From positions 32,001-96,000 of IMG/VR virus record IMGVR_UViG_3300042397_001782: a stretch of DNA of 64,000 bases. One strand, given 5' to 3'. Positions within the stretch are counted from its first letter, which is position 1. The number at the start of each line of letters is the position of its first letter. Origin of the DNA: a virus. Positions 9,798-19,146 of the stretch are shown in pieces. The translations under genes were made by a program, and so were the position numbers. Below the pieces are notes generated by a model. The model ran no database searches. It was not told where the DNA came from and was given only the letters and a program-made list of their open reading frames with translations.

Positions 9798-10291
9798 TAA
9801 AATACGAGTTTATCTTGGTCACTAAATATTCCTTCTTTCATTTCATTAATAGTATCTAACAATAAGCTGCCTCCCTCTTTCTCAATAAAATATTGAGCAT
9901 CCAATGTATAACGAATATCGTCAGCATTTTGATGGTAATAGTTAACAGCGTCTAGAATTTCTTCACTAGAAACTTTATACTTTTTCATAAATGATTCTAA
10001 CTTAGTTATAACTTTATTTTTAGGACTAAATGCTTTTTTATTTATTCCTTGTAAATTTTGTTTACTAAATAATATCATATATTCATCTAAGAATTGTTCA
10101 GAAACAAGAGGTTGATATTTTTCTCCATTAAGAATAGCTTGACCAAACTCTGTTATTTCAAAATCTAAAGGATTATTAGTATTTATTTTTGTAAGATGTA
10201 TATTTCTAATAAACCCTTTCTTTATTAAGTATTGGATAATGTTTAATTGGGGAAGATTAATAGCTAATTTTCCCATTTCTTCGTAACTCAT
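9797..10291 (-). CDS. Hypothetical replication-module protein
   Basis: Translationally coupled to the helicase; TAnnTTTG at 10318-10325. Confidence 0.7.
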   Translation of the reverse strand: MSYEEMGKLAINLPQLNIIQYLIKKGFIRNIHLTKINTNNPLDFEITEFGQAILNGEKYQPLVSEQFLDEYMILFSKQNLQGINKKAFSPKNKVITKLESFMKKYKVSSEEILDAVNYYHQNADDIRYTLDAQYFIEKEGGSLLLDTINEMKEGIFSDQDKLVF

Positions 10292-10336
10292 ATTCCCTTT
10301 GTTTTAAAAAACTTCTGCAAAATTAATATATTTTTT

Positions 10337-10759
10337 TCAAATGTCAAGCGTTATTTTACTTTTTTCTGTAAATTTTTTGTGACAATCTTTACAAAGCACC
10401 TCTAGCTTGCTTATATCCTCTACAAATAGCCTGTCGTGGAATGGTTTTATTTCGGAGTAATCCCTTAAACTACCACAGGGCTCAATGTGATTTACTTCTA
10501 CATCTTTTTTTAAGAACATTTTTTTACAATGATTGCATTGCCATTTTTTTAACAAGGCAGAATAAGCCCTTTTAAGTATCTCTTTTCTAAAAGGACAAGA
10601 GTATAACCACCTCTGTCTTAAAAAAGCTCTAATGGCACCAAAAAAAGCTGATTTGGTCATTGTACCTCCACAATATTCTCTCACTACTCTAGGATTAACT
10701 ACCTTTTTCTTTTTTCTAGGAGTTGTGGTGTTGGATTTTTTTACTGTCTTTCTTCTCAT
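10337..10759 (-). CDS. HNH endonuclease
   Basis: CNHC...EVNHIEP...LCKDCHKK. Confidence 0.85.
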   Translation of the reverse strand: MRRKTVKKSNTTTPRKKKKVVNPRVVREYCGGTMTKSAFFGAIRAFLRQRWLYSCPFRKEILKRAYSALLKKWQCNHCKKMFLKKDVEVNHIEPCGSLRDYSEIKPFHDRLFVEDISKLEVLCKDCHKKFTEKSKITLDI

Positions 10760-10774
10760 AACTTTAAATTTAAT

Positions 10775-12805
10775 TTATTTGGCTTCATACCATGATTTTC
10801 CAATATTACTTTCAGCACTCATAAATAGTGTAGGGTTGGTGAGAAATATATTACCCCCCTCTATCATACTCTTTTCCAGTATTCTAGCATATTTTTCTGA
10901 TAGGTGAGTCTCAGTCTCCAAAACTATCTCATCATGGATTACATTAGCTATTCTCGCTTTCCAATAGTCATTGTTTTTTTCAATTTCATTGAATAACAAC
11001 ACTGAAGCCATTTTAGTTTGATGGGCAGCAGTGCCTTGTGTGGGAGCATTTAAGCATAGTCTCATATATTGAGATTTTAAACTGAAATAGTCTTTCATCA
11101 TTAGTTTATTAGCATTAAAGCAATTGTAAGCCCCCATATCTGATATTACATACGAACTCCCTTTATCTTTAGCTTTCTCAAATTTCAGATTTTCTTGCTT
11201 ACCCACTCTATATTTATTCCAAAAATCTCTACCCATATTTGAAATCTTCTCATCAAGGTCTTTGAAAATATCAAACATTGGTAGCTTTAATTTAAATCCC
11301 ATTGCATATTGAATATACCCAAATTCTAAAGCTTCCTTTAGCTTATTTTCCCCATAAGAGTACACTCCATTATGTAATTCTTTGAATAATTTTTCAATAC
11401 GTTCTCCTTCCTCTATAGATAATCCTTCATTCTCTGCTAAAGTAAACCCAGTGCCTCCAAATTGGAAACAAAACCTAGGTGCTTTAGAAGCATTTCGCTT
11501 GGCTTTATGGGTTTTAATAATTTCTTCGTCAGAAAGATCTAATAATTCAGGGTAGAGAACTCTAGCAAAGGCACAGTGTAAGTCCTTTCCTTCCACTATA
11601 GAAGAAATCATGGCTTGGTCTCCAGTAATATCAGCCCCTACAACTGTTTCTTGCCCTGCGTAGTCAGCTACGATAATGTCAAACCCTTCATTTGCCACGA
11701 AACATTCTCTTGTTTCTTTGTTAGAGGGAAAATTTAAAAAGTTTATCTCTCCCTTTCTTGAAGATAGTCTAGCAGTGTCTACTATCGGTTTGAAGTGGGT
11801 GTATATTCTTCCATCCCTTATTTTAGAATAAATACCCTCTCCAAAAGTAGTTACATTATGCTCCACTTCTTTATATTTAAGCCACATTTTTACAAACTCA
11901 TGATTTGACTTAGCTATAACTCCTTTTTCTAAACTTTCTTTTATCTCTCCTTTTTCTTTATAAGTGACATTTATACCTAAATCTTTAAACACTTCTATCA
12001 TTTGTTTAGGAGAACTTAATAGGCAATTTACTTTCCTTTCGTTGCTAAACATATCCATCTGTAAAACTCTATATTTAGGCAGGGTGTCAAAAATATAATC
12101 AATTATTTCTCTCTCACATTTTTTGTATTGGGAATAATCTTTATCCATTTTTGCTTTCCACCTATCCTTTGATATTGGAAGTCCGCATAACTCCATATAT
12201 GTAAGTGCCCTGATATGTCTACAATGCAATTTATAAGAATCTATTGCTTCATAATCTTTTAATTTAATCACTAAATCATTGTGTAACTCTAATAGTCTAT
12301 CAACATCATTAAAGCAATATTGAATTGTGGATGGCTGCGATAACTGAACTCTAGCAATATTAGCTTGTTCTGTTTTGTCGTATATAACCCCAAGCTCTCT
12401 TTGCATACAATTCTTAAAAGAATGTGATACTCCGAATTCTCCATTGTGTAGAATCATAGATGCCAACATCGTATCTCCCACTTTTTTAGGGAAGTAATTC
12501 TTGATAAAGAAGAAACTCAAATCGAAGGCACTATTATGAAATATCATAACCTTATCCAATATAAAAGGCATAACTTCCTCTAAATTAATTATATTCTCTT
12601 TATGTGTCTGCAAATCAATTAGATAATTATTTGTCCCTGTTCCTATTTGAATGGCAAAAATTTCTCCTTCAAAAGCAGAGAGGGAAGTAGTCTCTGTATC
12701 TACCGCTATTATTTCAGGAAGCACCATGTCTTCAAGATTACAGTAACTATACTCCCCTATTTTTTGGAAAAAGGATTTGTTTTTTGTGATTATGTGGTTT
12801 GTCAT
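10775..12805 (-). CDS. polA: Family A DNA polymerase with 3'-5' exonuclease
   Basis: Exo DTET and HNSAFD; motif A ADYAGQE; motif B RNASKAPRFCFQFG; motif C VIHDEIV. Confidence 0.95.
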   Translation of the reverse strand: MTNHIITKNKSFFQKIGEYSYCNLEDMVLPEIIAVDTETTSLSAFEGEIFAIQIGTGTNNYLIDLQTHKENIINLEEVMPFILDKVMIFHNSAFDLSFFFIKNYFPKKVGDTMLASMILHNGEFGVSHSFKNCMQRELGVIYDKTEQANIARVQLSQPSTIQYCFNDVDRLLELHNDLVIKLKDYEAIDSYKLHCRHIRALTYMELCGLPISKDRWKAKMDKDYSQYKKCEREIIDYIFDTLPKYRVLQMDMFSNERKVNCLLSSPKQMIEVFKDLGINVTYKEKGEIKESLEKGVIAKSNHEFVKMWLKYKEVEHNVTTFGEGIYSKIRDGRIYTHFKPIVDTARLSSRKGEINFLNFPSNKETRECFVANEGFDIIVADYAGQETVVGADITGDQAMISSIVEGKDLHCAFARVLYPELLDLSDEEIIKTHKAKRNASKAPRFCFQFGGTGFTLAENEGLSIEEGERIEKLFKELHNGVYSYGENKLKEALEFGYIQYAMGFKLKLPMFDIFKDLDEKISNMGRDFWNKYRVGKQENLKFEKAKDKGSSYVISDMGAYNCFNANKLMMKDYFSLKSQYMRLCLNAPTQGTAAHQTKMASVLLFNEIEKNNDYWKARIANVIHDEIVLETETHLSEKYARILEKSMIEGGNIFLTNPTLFMSAESNIGKSWYEAK

Positions 12806-13681
12806 TTAGAAAAAAGTTAAGCTATCTTCTTCAGGGATTTCTTGCCAATCATTTTCAATGTACTTGTCAATCTTATCCAAAGTTTCTTCTAAAATACGTT
12901 TACCTTCCATCTCGTCTTTATAAGATAGGGGGTATACCAGCACACTATCTACTTTGGTAGAATTGCATACCACCCAATGAAAAGTTTTTAGCACATAATG
13001 GTTCAAATCATTTTTCTCCATCCAGTCTTCCACCCCTTTTGTATACAAAGCCCCCTGTAAGTGATACAAATATTTTTGCACACTATCAGGAAATTTCGGA
13101 GGGTAGCTGCTGGATTTCAAATCAGTGATAATAATCTCTTGTCTATCATGATCCACTTTTAAATAATCTGTCTTTATAAAAAAGTTATATCCTCTGTATT
13201 GAAAACTCCACTCAAACTGAGCCTTACCATTACTGAATAAATAGGTGGCTTCTCTATCTTTTAGCACATTATTGGCAATAGAGGTTCCTAATTCAAAATT
13301 AGGTTTTAGAAACTTACCTTTTGGATTTTTTGCATATTCAATATATTCAGGAAACTCCAGAACGGATTCTTTTATTTTCTCAAAATTCTTAGATTTCACA
13401 TCTAATATACCACAAACCTTTTCTAAGTTTTCCGCAGAGAGGTCGTAGTTATACTCCTCTGTAAAAATATTTTCAATAATAGCCTTAATTTGAGGCTTTG
13501 GGATAGGAATATCTATAATAGTTTCAGTGATAGGCTCATCAAAAACTATCTTATCTATAATAGACCCTTTCTCTAAAGCATTGTTTCTTTTGTATACAGG
13601 GTTTAAAAATCCTTGTACTCCTTCTTTTATAAGTCTAGTGAGAGAACTATAACTTAATCTGTCTTTTTCTTTATTAAACAT
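12806..13681 (-). CDS. PD-(D/E)XK exonuclease (RecB/Cas4-like)
   Basis: LSYSSL, KTDYL, TDLKSS, YHLQGALY; TAnnTTTG at 13702-13709. Confidence 0.8.
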   Translation of the reverse strand: MFNKEKDRLSYSSLTRLIKEGVQGFLNPVYKRNNALEKGSIIDKIVFDEPITETIIDIPIPKPQIKAIIENIFTEEYNYDLSAENLEKVCGILDVKSKNFEKIKESVLEFPEYIEYAKNPKGKFLKPNFELGTSIANNVLKDREATYLFSNGKAQFEWSFQYRGYNFFIKTDYLKVDHDRQEIIITDLKSSSYPPKFPDSVQKYLYHLQGALYTKGVEDWMEKNDLNHYVLKTFHWVVCNSTKVDSVLVYPLSYKDEMEGKRILEETLDKIDKYIENDWQEIPEEDSLTFF

Positions 13682-13720
13682 AATTATTATTTTTTTAGGT
13701 GCAAATGTATTATTTTTTTT

Positions 13721-13903
13721 TCAAAATGGGCAATATTCTTTTTTGCTTTTTTCTTTAAGGTCATCATAATCACGCTCTATTTTTTCTTTGATTGCATTCC
13801 TAACAAACTGCGAAACATTTACGTTATATCCTTTTAATTTATCTAAGGTTTGCTTTTGCTCTTTTGATATTCTTATGTTTAATATTTCGGTATTTATTGG
13901 CAT
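13721..13903 (-). CDS. Ribbon-helix-helix-like small DNA-binding protein
   Basis: LNIRISKEQKQTL...NVSQFVRNAIKEKI pattern. Confidence 0.65.
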   Translation of the reverse strand: MPINTEILNIRISKEQKQTLDKLKGYNVNVSQFVRNAIKEKIERDYDDLKEKSKKEYCPF

Positions 13904-13945
13904 TTAAGTTTAATTTGTGTTACAAAAATTTCGTAAAGCATCGAG

Positions 13946-14179
13946 TTAGTGATAATATTTCTTTAAGTAGTCAAAAAGTTGTTGTCCTTCTTCAATGTAT
14001 ATCGTATTGAAAGTTCCATTACTTTTTGTTGTTTTTATACTTATATTAGTTTCACCAACTTTTACCCTAACTTTTTCGTAATCCTTCGTTTCAAAAGAAA
14101 TACTATCACTAACATCAGATATATGTAATTTTTCATTACTCTTATCTAAGTTTTGTTCTAAATTTTTACTTTCTCCCAT
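13946..14179 (-). CDS. Cassette 1 hypothetical protein
   Basis: ATG inside the attC-like loop; stop TAA is the complement of TTA in the GTTAG core at 13945. Confidence 0.7.
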   Translation of the reverse strand: MGESKNLEQNLDKSNEKLHISDVSDSISFETKDYEKVRVKVGETNISIKTTKSNGTFNTIYIEEGQQLFDYLKKYYH

Positions 14180-14226
14180 TTTATTAAATTTTGTGTTAAA
14201 ACTACATATATCTGTGACCGTTAGCG
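14107..14226 (+). repeat. attC-like site A
   Basis: CACTAAC-at-CAGATATATGTAATTTT ... AAAACTACATATATCTG-tgacc-GTTAGCG. Confidence 0.8.
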
Positions 14227-14922
14227 GTTATTCTGAAAGAACGCCTCTGCAAATCCTGCAGAACACATTGAACGAATATCCGCATCACATTTTATTTTAT
14301 CTTTTGCCCATTGCATTTCGGGAATCAAATCCACCGCTGACTTATGTAAAAATGCAAGTGCAGGTTTTGGTCTTCCTGGTCTTATATAAAGTTTATCGTT
14401 TTTAGGCACTTTATTCCAATCAGTATATTTCTTTTCAGGTATATTAAATTCTCCCCATAAAGCCGTTTTTTTAGTCCAAGGGCTTCCGTATTCCCAAGGT
14501 TGATAAACAAGTTTAGGTTTACCTAAAAACTCTTTTAATCTACCATTTGCTGGATTTTCAATTACCCACCATTTAGGTTTTGCTTCTTTAATAATTCGTA
14601 AACAATGATTTACTAAAAACATTCCTTTTTCTAAATCGTTTTGTTTATGAAATCCATTTGCGGTTGAAAATTCAGTACACACAGGATTTGCAATTATACC
14701 ATAAACATTTGGCGGTGGGTTATAATTTTCTACACCTATTTCTTCGCCTATCATTATAACTTCGTATTCATCAGATAATTGGTAAAATAAACTATCACTA
14801 CCTAAATCAGCACATAAGTGAAGTATAATTTTAGGAGAAGAACAACCGCTAACACTGCATATACGCAATGTGGGGTTTAGTGCTTCAACAACGTTTTCGT
14901 TTTCAAATAAACTTTTCTGCAT
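14221..14922 (-). CDS. Short C5-cytosine DNA methyltransferase-like protein (cassette 2)
   Basis: ILHLCADLGS (motif I variant), ANPVCTEFS (motif IV), VIENP (motif VI). Confidence 0.75.
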   Translation of the reverse strand: MQKSLFENENVVEALNPTLRICSVSGCSSPKIILHLCADLGSDSLFYQLSDEYEVIMIGEEIGVENYNPPPNVYGIIANPVCTEFSTANGFHKQNDLEKGMFLVNHCLRIIKEAKPKWWVIENPANGRLKEFLGKPKLVYQPWEYGSPWTKKTALWGEFNIPEKKYTDWNKVPKNDKLYIRPGRPKPALAFLHKSAVDLIPEMQWAKDKIKCDADIRSMCSAGFAEAFFQNNR

Positions 14923-14977
14923 AATTTAAAATTTAGTTTTCATAATCCCACACTGCGTATATGCTTTTACGTTATAG
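14847..14977 (+). repeat. attC-like site B
   Basis: CGCTAAC-act-GCATATACGCAATGTGGG ... CCCACACTGCGTATATGC-ttttac-GTTATAG. Confidence 0.8.
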
Positions 14978-15010
14978 GTAAGTGCTACAACCATTCTTCG
15001 ATTAAACATT

Positions 15011-16120
15011 TTAGTTAGAAAAATCATTAAAAATTTCCCCTCCTTTTAAAAAAGAAAAAATATGAGCAATCACATCTACTGTCCAGCCATCACCCAAAAG
15101 ACAAGCTGCATCGTTTCTTTTTAAAATTCTTGTATATCCTTCGGGAACGGTTTGTAATCTTTCTAATTCTGTTTGTGTAAAGTATCTCAAATCACCATCT
15201 TGAAAAACAAAGTATTGGTTATTTCTTAAAAGGCAATTTGATTTATCTTTCATTGATCTACCTCTTCTTGTTTCGCTTGTTGGATAACTCAAATCAACTG
15301 CTTCATTATTTCCAATATCTACAAATCCAATTTTAGTAGCTTCTTTTACTCTTAAAAATGTTTCTTTGTCTTTTGCCACAAGCGTAATAAATCCTTTTTC
15401 TAAAAATCTATGAGCCATTTTGTGTTGGCTTTTTAATGGTCTGCTTTCACTTTCTAAAATGCAAACACTTTTTTTCCTATCTGTATATCCACTTTCAAGT
15501 ATATCCTGCAATTTTATTTTTTTGTCTTTTGGCTGTGGTATTTTGCAATATCTAAATCCAAATAAATCAAAATCTTCCGGACCTATATTTGTCCAATAAA
15601 ATCTATTCCTCATTTGTGCTGAAACTAATTCGCTGTTTATGTTTACAGGATATGTTCCTAAATATTGGCTTATTAATTCCATATCCTTATCAGTCATTGA
15701 TACATTTTCAAGTAAAAAATATTTTGGTTTGCATTCTTTTAGCAATCTCAAGTATTCAAAAAATAAACCGCTTTTTGCACCTTCAAGTCCTTTACGTTCT
15801 TTATTTGCAAGACTAAAATCTTGACAAGGACTTCCACCTATCAATAAATCAATTTGTGGTAAATCACTTGCTTTTACATCTAATACGCTACCTAATTGTA
15901 TTGTATTTGGAAAATTGTGTTGAGTTACTTTTATTGCGTGTGGTTTTATTTCACTTGCAAAGTATTGATTAACTTTTATTCCTGCCTTTTGTAAAGCTAA
16001 TTGACCACAAGACATACCATCGAAAAGAGATAGTACATTTAAACCCGTACTGCCTGTAACAGGTGTTTGGCAAAAGCTGGGCTTCTGTGCTAAATCAAAG
16101 TTTGTACTTTCTATAATCAT
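15011..16120 (-). CDS. dcm: C5-cytosine DNA methyltransferase (cassette 3)
   Basis: LSLFDGMSCG, GGSPCQDFS, LENV, RNRFYW, LGDGWT. Confidence 0.93.
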   Translation of the reverse strand: MIIESTNFDLAQKPSFCQTPVTGSTGLNVLSLFDGMSCGQLALQKAGIKVNQYFASEIKPHAIKVTQHNFPNTIQLGSVLDVKASDLPQIDLLIGGSPCQDFSLANKERKGLEGAKSGLFFEYLRLLKECKPKYFLLENVSMTDKDMELISQYLGTYPVNINSELVSAQMRNRFYWTNIGPEDFDLFGFRYCKIPQPKDKKIKLQDILESGYTDRKKSVCILESESRPLKSQHKMAHRFLEKGFITLVAKDKETFLRVKEATKIGFVDIGNNEAVDLSYPTSETRRGRSMKDKSNCLLRNNQYFVFQDGDLRYFTQTELERLQTVPEGYTRILKRNDAACLLGDGWTVDVIAHIFSFLKGGEIFNDFSN

Positions 16121-16199
16121 TTGTTTTAAATTTAAAGTTTAGTTCTTTGGTTAAGCATTTGTAGTAGCCACGCCTTCGCCAAGCCCGAAACCGTTATGC
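16054..16199 (+). repeat. attC-like site C
   Basis: CTGTAAC...TTGGCAAAAGCTGGGCT ... AGCCACGCCTTCGCCAA...GTTATGC (imperfect inverted repeat). Confidence 0.72.
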
Positions 16200-16460
16200 A
16201 CTAGCTTTATTCAATGACTTTAAATTGTACTGCTCTGGCATTTTTTTTGCCTTTACTAACTTATAATACCATATCGCAACGCCATCTTTGTACCCCTCTA
16301 AAATAGTGTCTATTTTCCATTCAAATGAACGTCTTAGTGCCATTACCCTCGCTCCTACGTTGTTTGCTTTACATTTTTTTTTCATGTCATGAATGTAGCT
16401 TTTTTTGTTTTCCTTTAGATACGCTGCTACTAAGTAAGTAGAATTTAATTGCTTTTTCAT
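16194..16460 (-). CDS. Small winged-HTH-like protein
   Basis: NVGARVMALRR..WKIDT pattern; stop codon overlaps the GTTA core at 16193. Confidence 0.55.
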   Translation of the reverse strand: MKKQLNSTYLVAAYLKENKKSYIHDMKKKCKANNVGARVMALRRSFEWKIDTILEGYKDGVAIWYYKLVKAKKMPEQYNLKSLNKASA

Positions 16461-16494
16461 TCTTTTAGTTTTTAGTTGGTTAATTTATTGGAAA

Positions 16495-16776
16495 TTAATT
16501 TTTAAATAATTCATTTATATTTTTTGCAGATTCAAAATCATTCATTGAATTAGCAAATTCCTCAAGAACTCCTTTTGGTGTGAAACATATAGTTACATCG
16601 TATACTTTATTATTGCACCCTACTTCTGCTAAATATGCAGTTAATCCATTTTCAGGAAGTTCAGTTTCTTTTGCAATATCCATAAAAACATTCATTGTTT
16701 TTATTGTCAATACTTTACTCATGTCTTCTTGACTATTTATTTTTTTATTACCTGTGAATTTTTCCATTTTACTCAT
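16495..16776 (-). CDS. Hypothetical protein
   Basis: Co-oriented packed ORF. Confidence 0.65.
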   Translation of the reverse strand: MSKMEKFTGNKKINSQEDMSKVLTIKTMNVFMDIAKETELPENGLTAYLAEVGCNNKVYDVTICFTPKGVLEEFANSMNDFESAKNINELFKN

Positions 16777-16777
16777 A

Positions 16778-17839
16778 TTAATTTTTATTTTTACTAAGGT
16801 TAACTACTGCTATCTTATCTTTAAATTTATCCATACCATTCAACACCCACTTTTCTTCTAAAGTTCCCTCAGCTACTAAGAAATATATAAAACTTTTCTC
16901 ATGTACTGCTATCCTGCAAAATCTTCCGATAAGTTGTTCTTTTGATGAAGGAGAACTATCTATTCCTAGCACAAATCCATACTTTAAATTTGGTATACTA
17001 ACGGATTCTTTTAGGATTCCTACATTTACTAGTCTACCTGATTCAGAGTGATAGAACTCATCATAGTTTTTCTTCTTAGTTTTATTATCCATAGAAGAAT
17101 TAAATTGAGAAAACCCAAAACTAGCACCTTGCTCAATACTTCCTGCATATATTAATAACTTTTTATCCGAAAATTTCTCATTAATTAGTCTATTAGCTAG
17201 AGCCACTTTGCTAGGCAATGTATTTAAGAACTGCTTCAGTTTGCCTAATTCAGGAGGGTAGGATTCATTATATGGAGATGTTAAATAATTTTTGTGATGA
17301 TAATCATAAACACTTTTTTCTTCAGGAGTCATCTTATACTTAACCACAACCATTTGAAAATTATTCAATAAATTATTATCAATAGCATTATTGATAAGGT
17401 AGGAATAACAAATAGGAAAGTATTTGTGAATTTCATGAGTATTGCTTGGAGTACCTGTAAGTCCTAGAATAGATACCGCAGGGTTTATTCTCATAAGTCT
17501 CAAACAATTTTCCAATATAAGATCTTTTTCCTTGTGCATTTCATCTATAATAATCAAATCGTACTTTTCGTTGTAATTTTTCAAAGATTTATTGCATATA
17601 AAGGTAATGTTAGTTTCCAAACAACCCCATTTAGTTAATTCATCTTTAAAGTTTTTAATATAAATTTGTCTTGCACCACTAAATAAAATTTTACAATAAG
17701 GGTTAGTACTTCTATAGTGTTTAATAATATCAATAGCACACTTTGTCTTTCCCATTCCTACCGCTAGAGCAATAGTGGATCTTCTATCTTTAGAGGATAG
17801 GAAAGCGTTTACTGCTTTTTCCTGGACTTCTGCTTTCAT
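16778..17839 (-). CDS. Superfamily 2 (DExH) helicase
   Basis: GMGKT, DEMH, GLTGT, QLIGR. Confidence 0.88.
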   Translation of the reverse strand: MKAEVQEKAVNAFLSSKDRRSTIALAVGMGKTKCAIDIIKHYRSTNPYCKILFSGARQIYIKNFKDELTKWGCLETNITFICNKSLKNYNEKYDLIIIDEMHKEKDLILENCLRLMRINPAVSILGLTGTPSNTHEIHKYFPICYSYLINNAIDNNLLNNFQMVVVKYKMTPEEKSVYDYHHKNYLTSPYNESYPPELGKLKQFLNTLPSKVALANRLINEKFSDKKLLIYAGSIEQGASFGFSQFNSSMDNKTKKKNYDEFYHSESGRLVNVGILKESVSIPNLKYGFVLGIDSSPSSKEQLIGRFCRIAVHEKSFIYFLVAEGTLEEKWVLNGMDKFKDKIAVVNLSKNKN

Positions 17840-18075
17840 AGGTAAAATTCACAATCTTCTTTTACCTCTATTTTTTTGTCTTGACTAAAATCAGACATTA
17901 ATATAAGCTCTTCACTTTGCCTATCATAAAGATAGTTTTGTAGCCTAGCACAATCTCTAGCAGGGCAATCTACAGAAATACATCTTGAATAGTCTTTTGG
18001 AAGCAAGTAGGAGGGCTTGGGTATAATTACTATGCCGTCTCCGCCCTCTGGGCAATTATCTATTTTTTTTGTCAT
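17836..18075 (-). CDS. Small Cys-rich protein
   Basis: DYSRC...CPARDCAR...CEFY. Confidence 0.6.
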   Translation of the reverse strand: MTKKIDNCPEGGDGIVIIPKPSYLLPKDYSRCISVDCPARDCARLQNYLYDRQSEELILMSDFSQDKKIEVKEDCEFYL

Positions 18076-18105
18076 TTTAATTTAATTTTAAGGGTGATAA
18101 TTTAT

Positions 18106-18750
18106 TTATTTGTAATAAGGTAGTTTATAATGTATAACTCCGCCTGTGTATTCTTTATGTACTAATTGCCAATTTTTATATTTTTCGAATAAAAAATCAA
18201 GATAAATGCACATTACCTTCACTTGTTTAGCTTCATTAAACCTACCAGATATATCCATTCCTCCTTTCTTACACATAGCATTCCAGGTACCATTTATAAA
18301 TTGAAACATGCCCTGAGCTGAAGAACTAGAATTTTTAGCGTTTAAGTTTAATCTTGATTCTTTAAATGCAATATACCATAATAAGTTATGAGGACAATGA
18401 TGCTTATCTATTAAACTTTTATAGGTAAAGTACAAATGATTCAATCTTTTTTCTTCTTTTAGAGTTAATTTAAGGGGCAAACTTCTTCTGAAATCAGTAT
18501 ATTCAGTAGCACTATCTTGATCTTTAACTTCCAAGTGTTGTATAATTTGGTTTTTTGTTTGTAATATTTTTATTGTAGAAATATATTTAAAGTTAATATC
18601 AAGATTATTGGTTAATAATTTACCAATAATAATTATATTAAATATAATTGAAATATATAATACATATAACCATTTACCTACTTTAAAAGTTAAAGTATCT
18701 TTATCATAATAATAAAGATTAGTTTTATTTAATAATTTGTTTAAATTCAT
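18106..18750 (-). CDS. Membrane-anchored lytic transglycosylase (SLT domain)
   Basis: N-terminal TM; KESRLN..A.N..SSAQGMFQF...TW. Confidence 0.85.
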   Translation of the reverse strand: MNLNKLLNKTNLYYYDKDTLTFKVGKWLYVLYISIIFNIIIIGKLLTNNLDINFKYISTIKILQTKNQIIQHLEVKDQDSATEYTDFRRSLPLKLTLKEEKRLNHLYFTYKSLIDKHHCPHNLLWYIAFKESRLNLNAKNSSSSAQGMFQFINGTWNAMCKKGGMDISGRFNEAKQVKVMCIYLDFLFEKYKNWQLVHKEYTGGVIHYKLPYYK

Positions 18751-18766
18751 AAATTTTATTTAATTT

Positions 18767-19129
18767 TTAGAATTCTGCTTGAAAATTACAATAGTCTTCT
18801 TGCTCTAAGCATTCTTTTATTTTTTTGCCTAACAATAAATCTGCATATTCGCTTAACATACTATCTGTAATTTCAGCTTTATGTAAAGCCAATGAAGGCT
18901 CAATTGGCTTGTCTTTAAAAAAATCTTCTATTTTTTGAAAATTATCTCCTAAGTTTGTTTCTATTTTTTTAATTTCCTCACAAACTTTTTCATAATGATC
19001 TTTTTTAGTAAATTCATAATTGATAATTTGTGGTTCATAAGAATTACCTCCAAATCTATCTGCCGCATTGCTTGATTGAATAGCAAACCAAAACTTGCCT
19101 TCTATGTCTCCTGAATAATATCTTCCCAT
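18767..19129 (-). CDS. Conserved hypothetical phage protein
   Basis: MGRYYSGDIEGKFWF N-terminus; co-oriented. Confidence 0.7.
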   Translation of the reverse strand: MGRYYSGDIEGKFWFAIQSSNAADRFGGNSYEPQIINYEFTKKDHYEKVCEEIKKIETNLGDNFQKIEDFFKDKPIEPSLALHKAEITDSMLSEYADLLLGKKIKECLEQEDYCNFQAEF

Positions 19130-19146
19130 AATTTTTAATTGTTTAT

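Larger units (their letters stand above)
13945..16199. mobile_element. Array of three integron-like gene cassettes, no integrase in window
   Basis: Three TAAC-[inverted repeat]-GTTA elements; each cassette's GTT start is complementary to the AAC box at its other end. Confidence 0.75.

Noticed and set aside
16194-16500. Fourth cassette carrying the HTH gene
   Set aside because: It begins with a GTTATGC core, but no matching GCATAAC box or hairpin was found at the other end; more likely the original target flank.
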